Below, one piece after another: positions 55,528 to 64,000 of a stretch of DNA of 64,000 nt. The position numbers and the translations under genes were made by a program. The stretch spans positions 53,838 through 117,837 of the IMG/VR virus record IMGVR_UViG_3300013132_000028; one strand, given 5' to 3'. Numbering within the stretch: position 1 is the stretch's first letter; each line of letters starts with the position of its first letter. This DNA is from a virus. The notes under the pieces were generated by a model. That model saw only the letters and a list, made by a program, of their open reading frames with translations. It was not told the origin of the DNA and did not search any database.

Positions 55528-56460
55528 ATGGACGACGCCGACAAGTACCCCGAGGAGAGCGTGGCGCCCGCCGTCGCGCGGCTGACGGACCCGGCCTGGG
55601 CCGCCCGGCGCCAGGACCCGCGCCGCCTGCACGTCTACCCGGAGCTGCCGTCCGCGCCGAGCCACGTGCGAGTCGCCGCGTCGTGGACGCGCATAGAGCG
55701 GCTCGCCACCTGCACCAACGAGCGAAACCGCGGCGCCATGAACGCGCTGGTCTCGAGGACCTCGGCCATGCACGACGACGTGCTTCACTTCTCCCGCGCG
55801 TACGAGCCACCCGAGCCGCTGATACTGCTGCTGCTCCCGCTCGTCGAGACCAAGCCGCGCTACTTCGTAGAGGTCGGCGCCGGTCCCGGCGGCAGCAGCG
55901 CGACCTTCTTCCTGGAGAAGCAGTGGAAGTGGCCAGGCATGCTGATCGAGCCGTCGATCCCGTGCTATCGAGAGCTAGTGAAGCAGGACAGAGACGTGCA
56001 CCTAGACGCGAGCGTGCTCTGGAGCGAGAGCGGGCTAGAGAAGCGTTTCATGTACAAGGAAGACGACGCGCTGGTCACACACAGCCCCAGGGTGATGGAG
56101 GACAACGAATCGTTGCCAGAAGGCTGGCTAGAGCGCACCACTAAGACGCTCACTCTAACCGACGCCCTGATAAACGCAGAGCAGCTGCACAGCAAGTGGC
56201 TGGACAAGATCGGATACATGAACATAAACACGGTCGGCTCAGAGCTGCAGGTGTTGCAAGGCATGAACTTCTCGGCTTACGACGTGCCAATAGTCACTGT
56301 GGCGCACCACAAAAACGAGACAAGCAGGGCCTCCGTCTTTGCTCACATGACAGATGTAGGCTACACACGTCTGCTCAAGGACGCCTGGTCCACGAGAGAA
56401 GACTGGTACATAAAAAATACGCTGCCCACACTAAAGTTTTTTGCAGGCTACCTAGGATAA
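55528..56460 (+). CDS. FkbM-family methyltransferase
   Basis: FVEVGA, S.T..LE...W.G.LIEP, Y..I...GSEL.VLQG. Confidence 0.75.
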   Translation: MDDADKYPEESVAPAVARLTDPAWAARRQDPRRLHVYPELPSAPSHVRVAASWTRIERLATCTNERNRGAMNALVSRTSAMHDDVLHFSRAYEPPEPLILLLLPLVETKPRYFVEVGAGPGGSSATFFLEKQWKWPGMLIEPSIPCYRELVKQDRDVHLDASVLWSESGLEKRFMYKEDDALVTHSPRVMEDNESLPEGWLERTTKTLTLTDALINAEQLHSKWLDKIGYMNINTVGSELQVLQGMNFSAYDVPIVTVAHHKNETSRASVFAHMTDVGYTRLLKDAWSTREDWYIKNTLPTLKFFAGYLG

Positions 56461-56469
56461 AATACTCTC

Positions 56470-57459
56470 ATGAAAAACATCTTAGTTCTCGGCGCCGGAG
56501 GTCTGATCGGAGGCCACCTGTGCAAGCGACTCATGCAGGACAGCGGCTGCCACGTGACCGGCGTGGACTTCAAAGAGCACCCGTACTTTGGAACTGACTT
56601 CGTAGACCGGTGGTACACCGGCGACCTGCGCGACAAAAACTTTGTCTGGCATGTGTTTGACAGACCCTACGACGAGGTGTACCAGCTTGCAGCCGACATG
56701 GGCGGCGCCGGCTACATATTCACGGGCGAGAACGACGCAGCCGTAATGTCAAACTCTATGACCATAAACCTAAACGTATTAGACGTAGCTCATGCAGTAG
56801 GCGTACCAGGAGTGTTTTTCTCGTCCAGCGCCTGCGTCTACCCAGAGCACGCGCAGCTCTCGGTCGAAGGCCTAAGTCTTGTAGAGAGCAGCGCCTATCC
56901 GGCAGCGCCCGACAGCGAGTACGGCTGGGAAAAGCTGTTTGCCGAAAGGCTGTACCTGGCGTACAACAAGAACTACGGAATGAAAAACAGTATTGGTCGG
57001 TACCACAACGTATTCGGCACGCATTGTGCCTACAACAACGGCAGAGAAAAAGCACCGGCGGCTATAGCGAGAAAAGTCGCACAGGCGTCCACGTCAGTAC
57101 AACCAGGCAGCACCATAAAAATATGGGGAGACGGCCAACAGACCAGGTCTTTTCTTTGGATAGACGACGCGATAAACGCCACCATATTGCTGCACCGAGA
57201 CGAGTACTTTCGCGGTCCGGTGAACATCGGCTCAGAACGTATGGTTACAATAGACGAGTTAGTACGTATAACCATGAAGGCAGCAAACAAAACGCTAGAC
57301 ATAGCGCACGTACCGGGTCCAATAGGAGTAGCGGCAAGAACCTCTGACAACACTCTGATAAAGCAAATGCTGCGTTGGGAACCAATGGTGCCATTGGAAG
57401 TAGGAATGTCACTGCTGTACAAATGGGTAGAAGGGCAAGTGTGGGCATTCAGTGAATAA
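56470..57459 (+). CDS. GDP-mannose 3,5-epimerase-like NAD-dependent epimerase
   Basis: GAGGLIG, LAADMGG.G, SSACVYP, YGWEK, GREKAPAA, WGDG.QTRSF. Confidence 0.85.
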   Translation: MKNILVLGAGGLIGGHLCKRLMQDSGCHVTGVDFKEHPYFGTDFVDRWYTGDLRDKNFVWHVFDRPYDEVYQLAADMGGAGYIFTGENDAAVMSNSMTINLNVLDVAHAVGVPGVFFSSSACVYPEHAQLSVEGLSLVESSAYPAAPDSEYGWEKLFAERLYLAYNKNYGMKNSIGRYHNVFGTHCAYNNGREKAPAAIARKVAQASTSVQPGSTIKIWGDGQQTRSFLWIDDAINATILLHRDEYFRGPVNIGSERMVTIDELVRITMKAANKTLDIAHVPGPIGVAARTSDNTLIKQMLRWEPMVPLEVGMSLLYKWVEGQVWAFSE

Positions 57460-58585
57460 CAGACCAATAATGTCGTACAAGCTGCACAACCCGACAGGCA
57501 TGGCCAACCACATGATGAGCCTAGAAATAGGTCTAGGTCTGCAGTATTTGTATGGCTACAAGCAGGCTATTTTTTACCACTGTACATCGTCTAACCCACA
57601 CCCTTGGAACCAGCAGCACATTAGTTCGCTCATAGACCCAAACGCGCCAGTGCCAAGCATTTTAGACCTAGTAGAGCTGCCGTCTTTTGCGAAAGAAAAC
57701 ACCTACCTAGTTTTACCTGGCAATTTTCCAATTTCCTACGACTTAAATGTTTTTGATACCTACAAGTTTACCAGGTACGGTCAAGAATTTCGTGGGATGC
57801 CGTTAAGCTACTACGTAGACGTAGTCGAAGGAAACGAGTCGAGCGCGGCTGACTTTGCTGACGGTCGGGCTAGGTTTTCTCTTGACCCGACTAAAGACGT
57901 AGACTTTAAGGCCACAAACCTCAGTTTCTACAGTCGTACCTTTAGAAATAGAACTCCGGAGTTTGACACCATGCTGTCACAGATTCGCTGGCGCAGCGAG
58001 TTCGTGGAGCTTGCCGACAGAATTGCAGCGTTCATAGGTCCCTTTAACGGAGTGCACCTCAGACTGACCGACCATACACACAACTACAAGACCGAGAGCA
58101 CCGCCTACATAAACGCCCTAAACTCTCTGGACGAGTACGGCAGTCGCACGCTGGTCGTATGCACAGACGAGCCACAGAACCCCATGGTACGGTCTTTCAG
58201 GTCTGACGGCGCCCTGCTGGGAGAAACGGCCGGAACTGCCGGCAGAAAAAACATACTGCTTGCCGACCTAATAACTAGAGAGTTTGCCAGCGACTACAGA
58301 AGTTTGTCCAACACCGAGGCAACCGTGTTTGGCTTGATTTGTATGCTGGTGATGGGTCATTCGCTGGACTTCGTCGGCACCCCTGGAAGCACTTACACGG
58401 GGCTTATCCACCGGGCCATAAACCAGCGCGGTCCCTGCGAATTTAAGTTGTTCGAGCAAACTTTTGCAGCAGCACCAGGCGGACCGTACTCGTGGCAGAG
58501 CCACCGACTTCCGGACAAAGAAAAAGAGTGTAATGCCTGGTGGCGTGAGTGGCCTGAAAGCCGACTACAAACGACCGTACAATAG
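57452..58585 (+). CDS. O-fucosyltransferase-like protein
   Basis: G.AN...S.E, GVHLR.TD, V.TDE, FVGT.GST.T. Confidence 0.7.
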   Translation: MNNRPIMSYKLHNPTGMANHMMSLEIGLGLQYLYGYKQAIFYHCTSSNPHPWNQQHISSLIDPNAPVPSILDLVELPSFAKENTYLVLPGNFPISYDLNVFDTYKFTRYGQEFRGMPLSYYVDVVEGNESSAADFADGRARFSLDPTKDVDFKATNLSFYSRTFRNRTPEFDTMLSQIRWRSEFVELADRIAAFIGPFNGVHLRLTDHTHNYKTESTAYINALNSLDEYGSRTLVVCTDEPQNPMVRSFRSDGALLGETAGTAGRKNILLADLITREFASDYRSLSNTEATVFGLICMLVMGHSLDFVGTPGSTYTGLIHRAINQRGPCEFKLFEQTFAAAPGGPYSWQSHRLPDKEKECNAWWREWPESRLQTTVQ

Positions 58586-58590
58586 GGGGT

Positions 58591-58806
58591 ATGCCCACCA
58601 TGCCAAAATTTTTAGTCAGACTAGCTGTAGTCCTAGCTTTCTTGTTTACCACGTCCGGCTGCGGCTTTGACGGTAGCTACCGCTATCCCTGCCAAGCTCC
58701 GGAAAATTGGAAGGCCGCAGAGTGCAACCCGCCGGTTTGTGAAGCCGCTGGCACCTGCACCCGCGATATACTCCCGGGGATACTAGACGGTACGATAGAC
58801 AAGTAA
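58591..58806 (+). CDS. Small Cys-rich lipoprotein
   Basis: Lipobox TSG-C; YRYPCQ.P.NW...EC.PP.C...G.C. Confidence 0.7.
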   Translation: MPTMPKFLVRLAVVLAFLFTTSGCGFDGSYRYPCQAPENWKAAECNPPVCEAAGTCTRDILPGILDGTIDK

Positions 58807-58822
58807 CAGACGAGAGGACCTA

Positions 58823-59230
58823 ATGGCAAAACAACGTTTAACCCCTGCTGACCTAGACGCGAGGCTAAAGTTTATACTTGGTATCACTCTGGGCTCAATT
58901 CTATTTTTAACTTCCGTAGGAATTCTCTACGGTCTTTTATTTGTGACACAGCCCATCGGAGCACAGTCAGAGAACGACAAAATGTTTTTTAACGTACTAG
59001 GCAGTGTTGCCACGTTCATCACCGGAACTCTCGCAGGACTCTTGATCGGTAACTCAGGCATGAAAGACGTAATGGCCGCCCAGCTTCAGAACAAAGAGAT
59101 GGACGCCAAGAACACACAAGCCGACAAGAAGCTCGAAGCAGAGATAGACGCAACTCGTGCCCGCTTAGAGGCAAAGCCAGACGGCGCAGTGCCACAGGAA
59201 CAGCCAGTCGATACGGATTGGGATAAGTAA
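58823..59230 (+). CDS. Two-TM membrane protein (holin-like)
   Basis: Two TMs; upstream of the lysin; GAGGA RBS. Confidence 0.6.
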   Translation: MAKQRLTPADLDARLKFILGITLGSILFLTSVGILYGLLFVTQPIGAQSENDKMFFNVLGSVATFITGTLAGLLIGNSGMKDVMAAQLQNKEMDAKNTQADKKLEAEIDATRARLEAKPDGAVPQEQPVDTDWDK

Positions 59231-59232
59231 CA

Positions 59233-59406
59233 GTGAACCACGGCCACGGTGGTCATGACCACCCGATTATGACGAGCGCGTCGCCATTCACCGAGATGGA
59301 GCTCATGTGGTTCCTGATGATTGTCATGTTTGGTTGGAACCTATACATGGCTTGGCAGCACAACAAACTAAGCAAAAAAGTAGATTGTGATTGTAAGGAG
59401 GACTAG
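59233..59406 (+). CDS. Small His-rich membrane protein
   Basis: Hand-translated MNHGHGGHDHP...MWFLMIVMFGW. Confidence 0.5.
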   Translation: MNHGHGGHDHPIMTSASPFTEMELMWFLMIVMFGWNLYMAWQHNKLSKKVDCDCKED

Positions 59407-60041
59407 TGGCAGAACAAGGTACAGCAGAACGCCTCGCTGAGGTCGCTCTCGCGGAGGTGGGCTACATCGAGGGTCCCAAGGACAACGAGACTAAGTACGG
59501 CAAGTTCACCAAGGCTGACTTTCAGCCCTGGTGTGGGTCCTTTGTCAATTGGTGTGGAAACGAAGCCGGAGTAAAAATCCCAAACACGGTTTACACGCCC
59601 GGAGGAGCCGCGGCTTTCAAGAAAGCCGGTGCCTGGATAGACGTAGACGTTGCCGACCCCGAGGTGGGCGATATTGCTTATTTTGACTTTCCTTCAGACG
59701 GTGTCGACCGAATTAGCCACGTCGGTATCGTAGTCGAGGACAACGAGGACGGAACTGTCTGGTGTGTCGAGGGCAACACTACTGGCGAAGGAAAGAAGGG
59801 CAGCCAACGCAACGGCGGCGAGTGCTGCAAGAAGCTACGTGCCTTCAAGAAGAACAAAAAAGGCGTTTTAATCTCGATTGTGGGCTTTGGTAGGCCAAAG
59901 TACGGCTCGGCAGGCAAAGGCGCCTCTAAGGCCGCCGAGACGCCAAAAACAGCCGCTACAGCGCCAGCCAAAGGACCTTCAGCCGAGGTCAAGGCTGCGA
60001 TTGACCTACTAACTAAGAAAGGGTACAAGGTAACTAAGTAA
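59406..60041 (+). CDS. CHAP-domain endolysin
   Basis: PWCGSFV.W, GDI..F, HVGIV, EGNT. Confidence 0.88.
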   Translation: MAEQGTAERLAEVALAEVGYIEGPKDNETKYGKFTKADFQPWCGSFVNWCGNEAGVKIPNTVYTPGGAAAFKKAGAWIDVDVADPEVGDIAYFDFPSDGVDRISHVGIVVEDNEDGTVWCVEGNTTGEGKKGSQRNGGECCKKLRAFKKNKKGVLISIVGFGRPKYGSAGKGASKAAETPKTAATAPAKGPSAEVKAAIDLLTKKGYKVTK

Positions 60042-60200
60042 TGAAGGAAAAGATCATGTACTTTGGTGCCAAAAGCTCGAAGGACGACTAGTTTTATTAT
60101 AGCTTTTCTGTTTTATTCTGCAAACACTAAAGTCTAAGTGTATGCAATAATAGGCAAGTGCAGGCAACTCTAAACGCGTCGAAAGTCTAAATAAGTCAAC

Positions 60201-60878
60201 ATGATTGCTTATTTATACGCCAGAGTCTCTACAAAAATGCAAGTAGATGACGGCATTTCTCTGGACGCTCAAGAACGACAGCTCAGAGCTGCGGCAGATG
60301 CGGCGGGCTTTACCACCAGCATTCTGCTGCGAGAAGAGGGTCGTTCTGGTAAAAGTATTCAGGGTAGACCAGTGCTGCGGAATGCCCTGGACAAACTAGA
60401 CGCCGGAGAAGCGCAGGCAATGTTTGTTACCAGGCTAGACCGCCTAGCGCGCTCAACAAGAGATTTTTTAAGCATAGTAGACAGATCGCAGAAGCACTCG
60501 TGGCGGCTTGCCTTGCTAGACTTAGGGCTAGACACTGCCACGCACCAAGGAAGATTCGTGGTTACTATAATGGCTGCAATGGCTGAAATGGAACGAGGAA
60601 TGATTTCTGCCAGGCAAAGAGACGTGCACCAAGACAGGCGAGACGCGGGCAAAGTTTGGGGTGTAGACCTTGGCCCAAAGCCAGTCGTAGAAGAAGAGAT
60701 AAGACAGCTAATACTGACTCAAAGAACAAAAGGCATTTCTTTTAACAAAATTGCAGAAACTCTAAACGCACAAAAAGCGCCCACGGCTAATGGAGGCGCT
60801 CGTTGGTACTCCGCAACAGTTAAGCACGTATACGACAATATAGTAAGACATAGTAATCTACCGGCTAAAGAAAAGTAG
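60201..60878 (+). CDS. Serine recombinase (resolvase/invertase family)
   Basis: YARVST..Q, SG....RP, RLDRLARS, E.ER; C-terminal recombinase-domain-like IA..LN...PT..GG..W...TV. Confidence 0.9.
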   Translation: MIAYLYARVSTKMQVDDGISLDAQERQLRAAADAAGFTTSILLREEGRSGKSIQGRPVLRNALDKLDAGEAQAMFVTRLDRLARSTRDFLSIVDRSQKHSWRLALLDLGLDTATHQGRFVVTIMAAMAEMERGMISARQRDVHQDRRDAGKVWGVDLGPKPVVEEEIRQLILTQRTKGISFNKIAETLNAQKAPTANGGARWYSATVKHVYDNIVRHSNLPAKEK

Positions 60879-60946
60879 AACAGCTTAAAATACTAGTGTA
60901 AAACACAGCCTACAGTGTGGGGACACTAGCAAGGATGCGTCTATAA

Positions 60947-63900
60947 ATGGCCGGCTTCAAGCGCGGGCTTGCAGTTACAACAATTTCAAAATTGACTAAG
61001 CTGCTTAGCTCTGCTTCTCAAGCAATAAGTATTACACCTTTTTTCCGTAGAAAAGTGGTCATATATCTATTGTCTATCCCATTGGTCTCCTTCATCTATG
61101 GCATACTTACTTCATCGTTAGCTATAGCTAGCGACTCCTCGTCCAGTGCGTCGTCAGGAGGTGGTTCACAGGCTTCTTCAAGTAGCTCAACGCAAGGGCA
61201 AATTACTGAAGCGGCTACCGTAGCAGCAGCAGCGGGATCTGAAGTAACAGCTTTGCAAACAAAAGTAACTCAGATTACGGAGGTAGTAACATCAACATCT
61301 CAACCATCTACTCCAGCGCCGGCGTCAGTTTCTGATGCGCAGACTTCAGTAACAGCAGCTGCCAGTGCTACGCAGACAGCAAGTGCACAAGTTCAGGTCG
61401 CGCAAACGGCGGCTGCAACATCGCAAGCTGCCGATCAAGCTCTGGCCCAAGCAACCGCCACAGTTGCGACCCAAACTACAGCAGTAGCAACAGCTCAAGC
61501 AGCAGCAACAACGGCAACAACGGCGGTAACAACTCAAACAGCAGTAGTAGCCTCGGCTCAAGAAACAGCAACATCAACCGCAGCTACAGCAGCTGCAGCA
61601 AACACAACTACTACAACTACAGAAACTTTTACAAATAACACGACCAGCGTTGTAACAGTTACTACTGGCGGAACCACAGTTACTTCTTCTACTGGGTCAG
61701 CAGGCGTGTCTATCGGTGGAAATTGGAATACGCCTCAAACAAGCGGTCCTGGTCTCGTAATTCAGTATCCAGCCAACGATGTGGTTATCAATGTAAACCC
61801 GTCAAATACTGGAACTGTTACTCAAGTTTCTATGGGCGTCTACGCCAAAAATGGCGACACAGATATGATTGCTACAAACGCAAATGGAACTACCACCACC
61901 GAGGTTATCAACAACAATGTGACTGCAACCAGTGCTCAAACTAATAACCATACTTCTACAGAAACTGTAACCGGGTCAAACATTCAAACGATCACCATTA
62001 AAAAAGATGTTGATTACTATATTGTTGACAACATTGCTGTAACCAAAACAAACTCAGATCCGCAGGCTACTGCAGCAGCTGAAGCAGCGGCCACCAATCT
62101 TGCTACTCAACAAGCTACACTAGCTACTCTTCAGACGGCTCAGACTGCAGCAACTACGACTCTTACAACAGCCCAGACTGCTCTTTCAACCGCTCAGTCA
62201 AACGCAGCTACAGCTCAAAGCACAGCAACTGCAGCAACCACCGCGACGACTTCTGCAATTACAACAGCACAAACTGCAATAACTAATGCCCATGAAAAAA
62301 TAGACACGGCAGAGATAAAAGTTGCACAAGCTCAAATAGAAGTTTCTGCCGCAGCAGTTACTACTATTACAAACACTCTTCAAACAGTTGCTGCAACAGC
62401 TAATACTCTTACGCCATCAAACGACGCCACTGCAGCAGCAAACACAGTAAGTACAGCAACCACAAAAGTTGCTGAAGCTCAAGCTACGGTGATCCAAGCG
62501 CAGACAAGCATGAGCACGGCTCAGTCTTTAGCTTCTACGGCTCCTACGGTTGCAGCAGCTCAAGCAGCGGTTGAAGATAAGACTCAAGTTTTGGCTACAG
62601 CTACAACAGCCGTTAACACTCAACAAACAGTAGTTACCCAAGCAACTGCAGCTCAAGCTACCGCTCAAGCAGCGGTTGACTCAGCCACTCAACCAGGTCT
62701 AAAAGTAGAAGTCTTCAATGTTCAAGGACAAAACAACGCTCCAACTCTTCCAGCTGGTGCAACTCCAATTCACACCACCACCGATACAAATGGAATTAAC
62801 GAACAGTGGAGCGGAGGAAATGTTGCTGGCTCTAATAATTCAGAGGATGTAATTGTCAAGTACACAGGTAGCTGGACTCCACAATATACTGGAACACAGT
62901 ATCTACATACTCCAGCAGATGACGGAGTCAAGTTGTATCTAAATGGAGAGCTTGTAATCAATGACTGGTATGACAAAGCCGGCGGCGGTTCTACCGCAGA
63001 TGTAGCAACTACAGCTGGCGTCAGTAAGACATTTGAAATGTGGTACTACGAAAATGGCGGTGGGGCTCACGTTGCTTTAGTGCGTTATACAGGAAGCGGG
63101 TGGGAAGTAGTTCCTGGAACTGAATTTACAACTTCTACAGCTACAGCTCAGCAGCTTCAGACATTGACTACGGCTACTCAAAACGTAGCAACTCAAACTC
63201 AAACTCTACAAACTCTTACTGCTACTAAAACTTCAGCTGAAACAAATCTGACAAATGCTCAGACAAATTTGACAATAGCTCAGACAGCAGTCACTGCAAT
63301 GGACAATGCTATTGCTTCAGCTCAGACAGCAATCACCAAAACAGTTCAGGCCGTACAGGCAGTTCAAACCGCTGACATAGCCGTGTCAACAACTCAAGAC
63401 TCCCAGCAAGCAGCAGCCGCAGCGGCCGCGGCCCAGGCATCACAGGCAGCAGCGGCACAAGCAGCACAGCAAGCAGCAGCAGATGCAGCCGCTGCAGCGC
63501 AGGCTGCCGCGGCACAAGCAGCAGCACAACAAGCAGCGGCAGCCACAGCGGCAGCGGCACAAGCAGCACAACAGGCAGCACAAGAAGCGGCACAACAGGC
63601 AGCACAGGCTGCAGCACAGGCGGCAGCAACTGAAGCGGCAAAAATTGCAGCAGCAAAACAAGCAGCAGATGAAGCAAGAATTGCGGCAGAAGCAGCGGCG
63701 GCAGCAGCAGCACAGCAAAAAACAATAGCAGAACAACAAGCACAAAAAGCAGCAACAGAAAAAGCAGCGGCAGAAGCAGCGGCGGCGCAAGCGGCAGCAC
63801 AGGCAGCAGCACAAGCGGCAGCGGCGGCACAAGCACAAGCGGCGGCAGACGCAGCGGCAGCAAAAGCAGCAGAAGACGCCAAGGCCGCCGAGGAAGCCAA

Positions 63901-64000
63901 GGCGGCCGAGGAAGCCAAAGCAGAGGCAGAGGCCAAGGCCAAGGCCGAAGCCGAAGCAGAGGCCAAGGCGGCCGAGGAAGCCAAAGCAGAGGCAGAGGCC
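60947..64000 (+). CDS. Large Ala/Thr/Gln-rich surface protein with PA14 domain (3' end beyond window)
   Basis: Absent from ORF track because it runs off the edge. N-terminal hydrophobic segment, coiled-coil tracts, PA14 GL.....ADDGV.LY.NG.L.I.DW...YYENGG.A at about 62690-63130, then AAQ/EAK repeats. Confidence 0.82.
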   Translation, partial: MAGFKRGLAVTTISKLTKLLSSASQAISITPFFRRKVVIYLLSIPLVSFIYGILTSSLAIASDSSSSASSGGGSQASSSSSTQGQITEAATVAAAAGSEVTALQTKVTQITEVVTSTSQPSTPAPASVSDAQTSVTAAASATQTASAQVQVAQTAAATSQAADQALAQATATVATQTTAVATAQAAATTATTAVTTQTAVVASAQETATSTAATAAAANTTTTTTETFTNNTTSVVTVTTGGTTVTSSTGSAGVSIGGNWNTPQTSGPGLVIQYPANDVVINVNPSNTGTVTQVSMGVYAKNGDTDMIATNANGTTTTEVINNNVTATSAQTNNHTSTETVTGSNIQTITIKKDVDYYIVDNIAVTKTNSDPQATAAAEAAATNLATQQATLATLQTAQTAATTTLTTAQTALSTAQSNAATAQSTATAATTATTSAITTAQTAITNAHEKIDTAEIKVAQAQIEVSAAAVTTITNTLQTVAATANTLTPSNDATAAANTVSTATTKVAEAQATVIQAQTSMSTAQSLASTAPTVAAAQAAVEDKTQVLATATTAVNTQQTVVTQATAAQATAQAAVDSATQPGLKVEVFNVQGQNNAPTLPAGATPIHTTTDTNGINEQWSGGNVAGSNNSEDVIVKYTGSWTPQYTGTQYLHTPADDGVKLYLNGELVINDWYDKAGGGSTADVATTAGVSKTFEMWYYENGGGAHVALVRYTGSGWEVVPGTEFTTSTATAQQLQTLTTATQNVATQTQTLQTLTATKTSAETNLTNAQTNLTIAQTAVTAMDNAIASAQTAITKTVQAVQAVQTADIAVSTTQDSQQAAAAAAAAQASQAAAAQAAQQAAADAAAAAQAAAAQAAAQQAAAATAAAAQAAQQAAQEAAQQAAQAAAQAAATEAAKIAAAKQAADEARIAAEAAAAAAAQQKTIAEQQAQKAATEKAAAEAAAAQAAAQAAAQAAAAAQAQAAADAAAAKAAEDAKAAEEAKAAEEAKAEAEAKAKAEAEAEAKAAEEAKAEAEA

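Noticed and set aside
60201-60878. IS607-family element
   Set aside because: No N-terminal MerR-like HTH and no tnpB.
61346-63984. Cys- or Leu-rich minus-strand ORFs
   Set aside because: Antisense of GCA/CAA repeats in the plus-strand surface protein gene.

Overview
The window is a gene-dense segment of a large tailed-phage genome; nothing in it looks like host chromosome. WhiB, DUF3039, NrdH, a CHAP lysin, an SLT-like protein and many leaderless genes point to an actinobacterial host, possibly freshwater (inference). (1) 1-17.3 kb, minus strand, head module: portal, three modular head-associated proteins, a 3057-aa polyvalent protein (kinase-like, WYL, SH3/KOW-like and ADP-ribosyltransferase-like parts) and a prohead-protease-type protein running off the left edge. 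(2) 17.4-21.5 kb: HslV-like peptidase, HTH protein, peptidoglycan-binding and SLT genes. (3) 21.6-40.7 kb: a putative early region of small-gene cassettes with about 21 near-consensus sigma-A promoters. About 15 of these carry a YGTCR box at a fixed distance from the -10. The region also holds several structured RNA candidates, two tRNAs and a CobS/CobT-like AAA+/vWA pair. (4) 40.7-46.5 kb: a GC-rich block with a TerS-like gene, an AT-rich repeat tract, DUF3039 genes, a NodZ-like transferase and tRNA-Gln. (5) 46.5-64 kb: a secreted surface protein, class II RNR, NrdH, WhiB, SAM decarboxylase, thioredoxin, a GDP-sugar glycosylation module, lysis genes, a serine recombinase and a large PA14-domain protein running off the right edge. 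All calls come from reading motifs by eye; no searches or folding programs were run. Several starts were re-called from RBS or -10 evidence.
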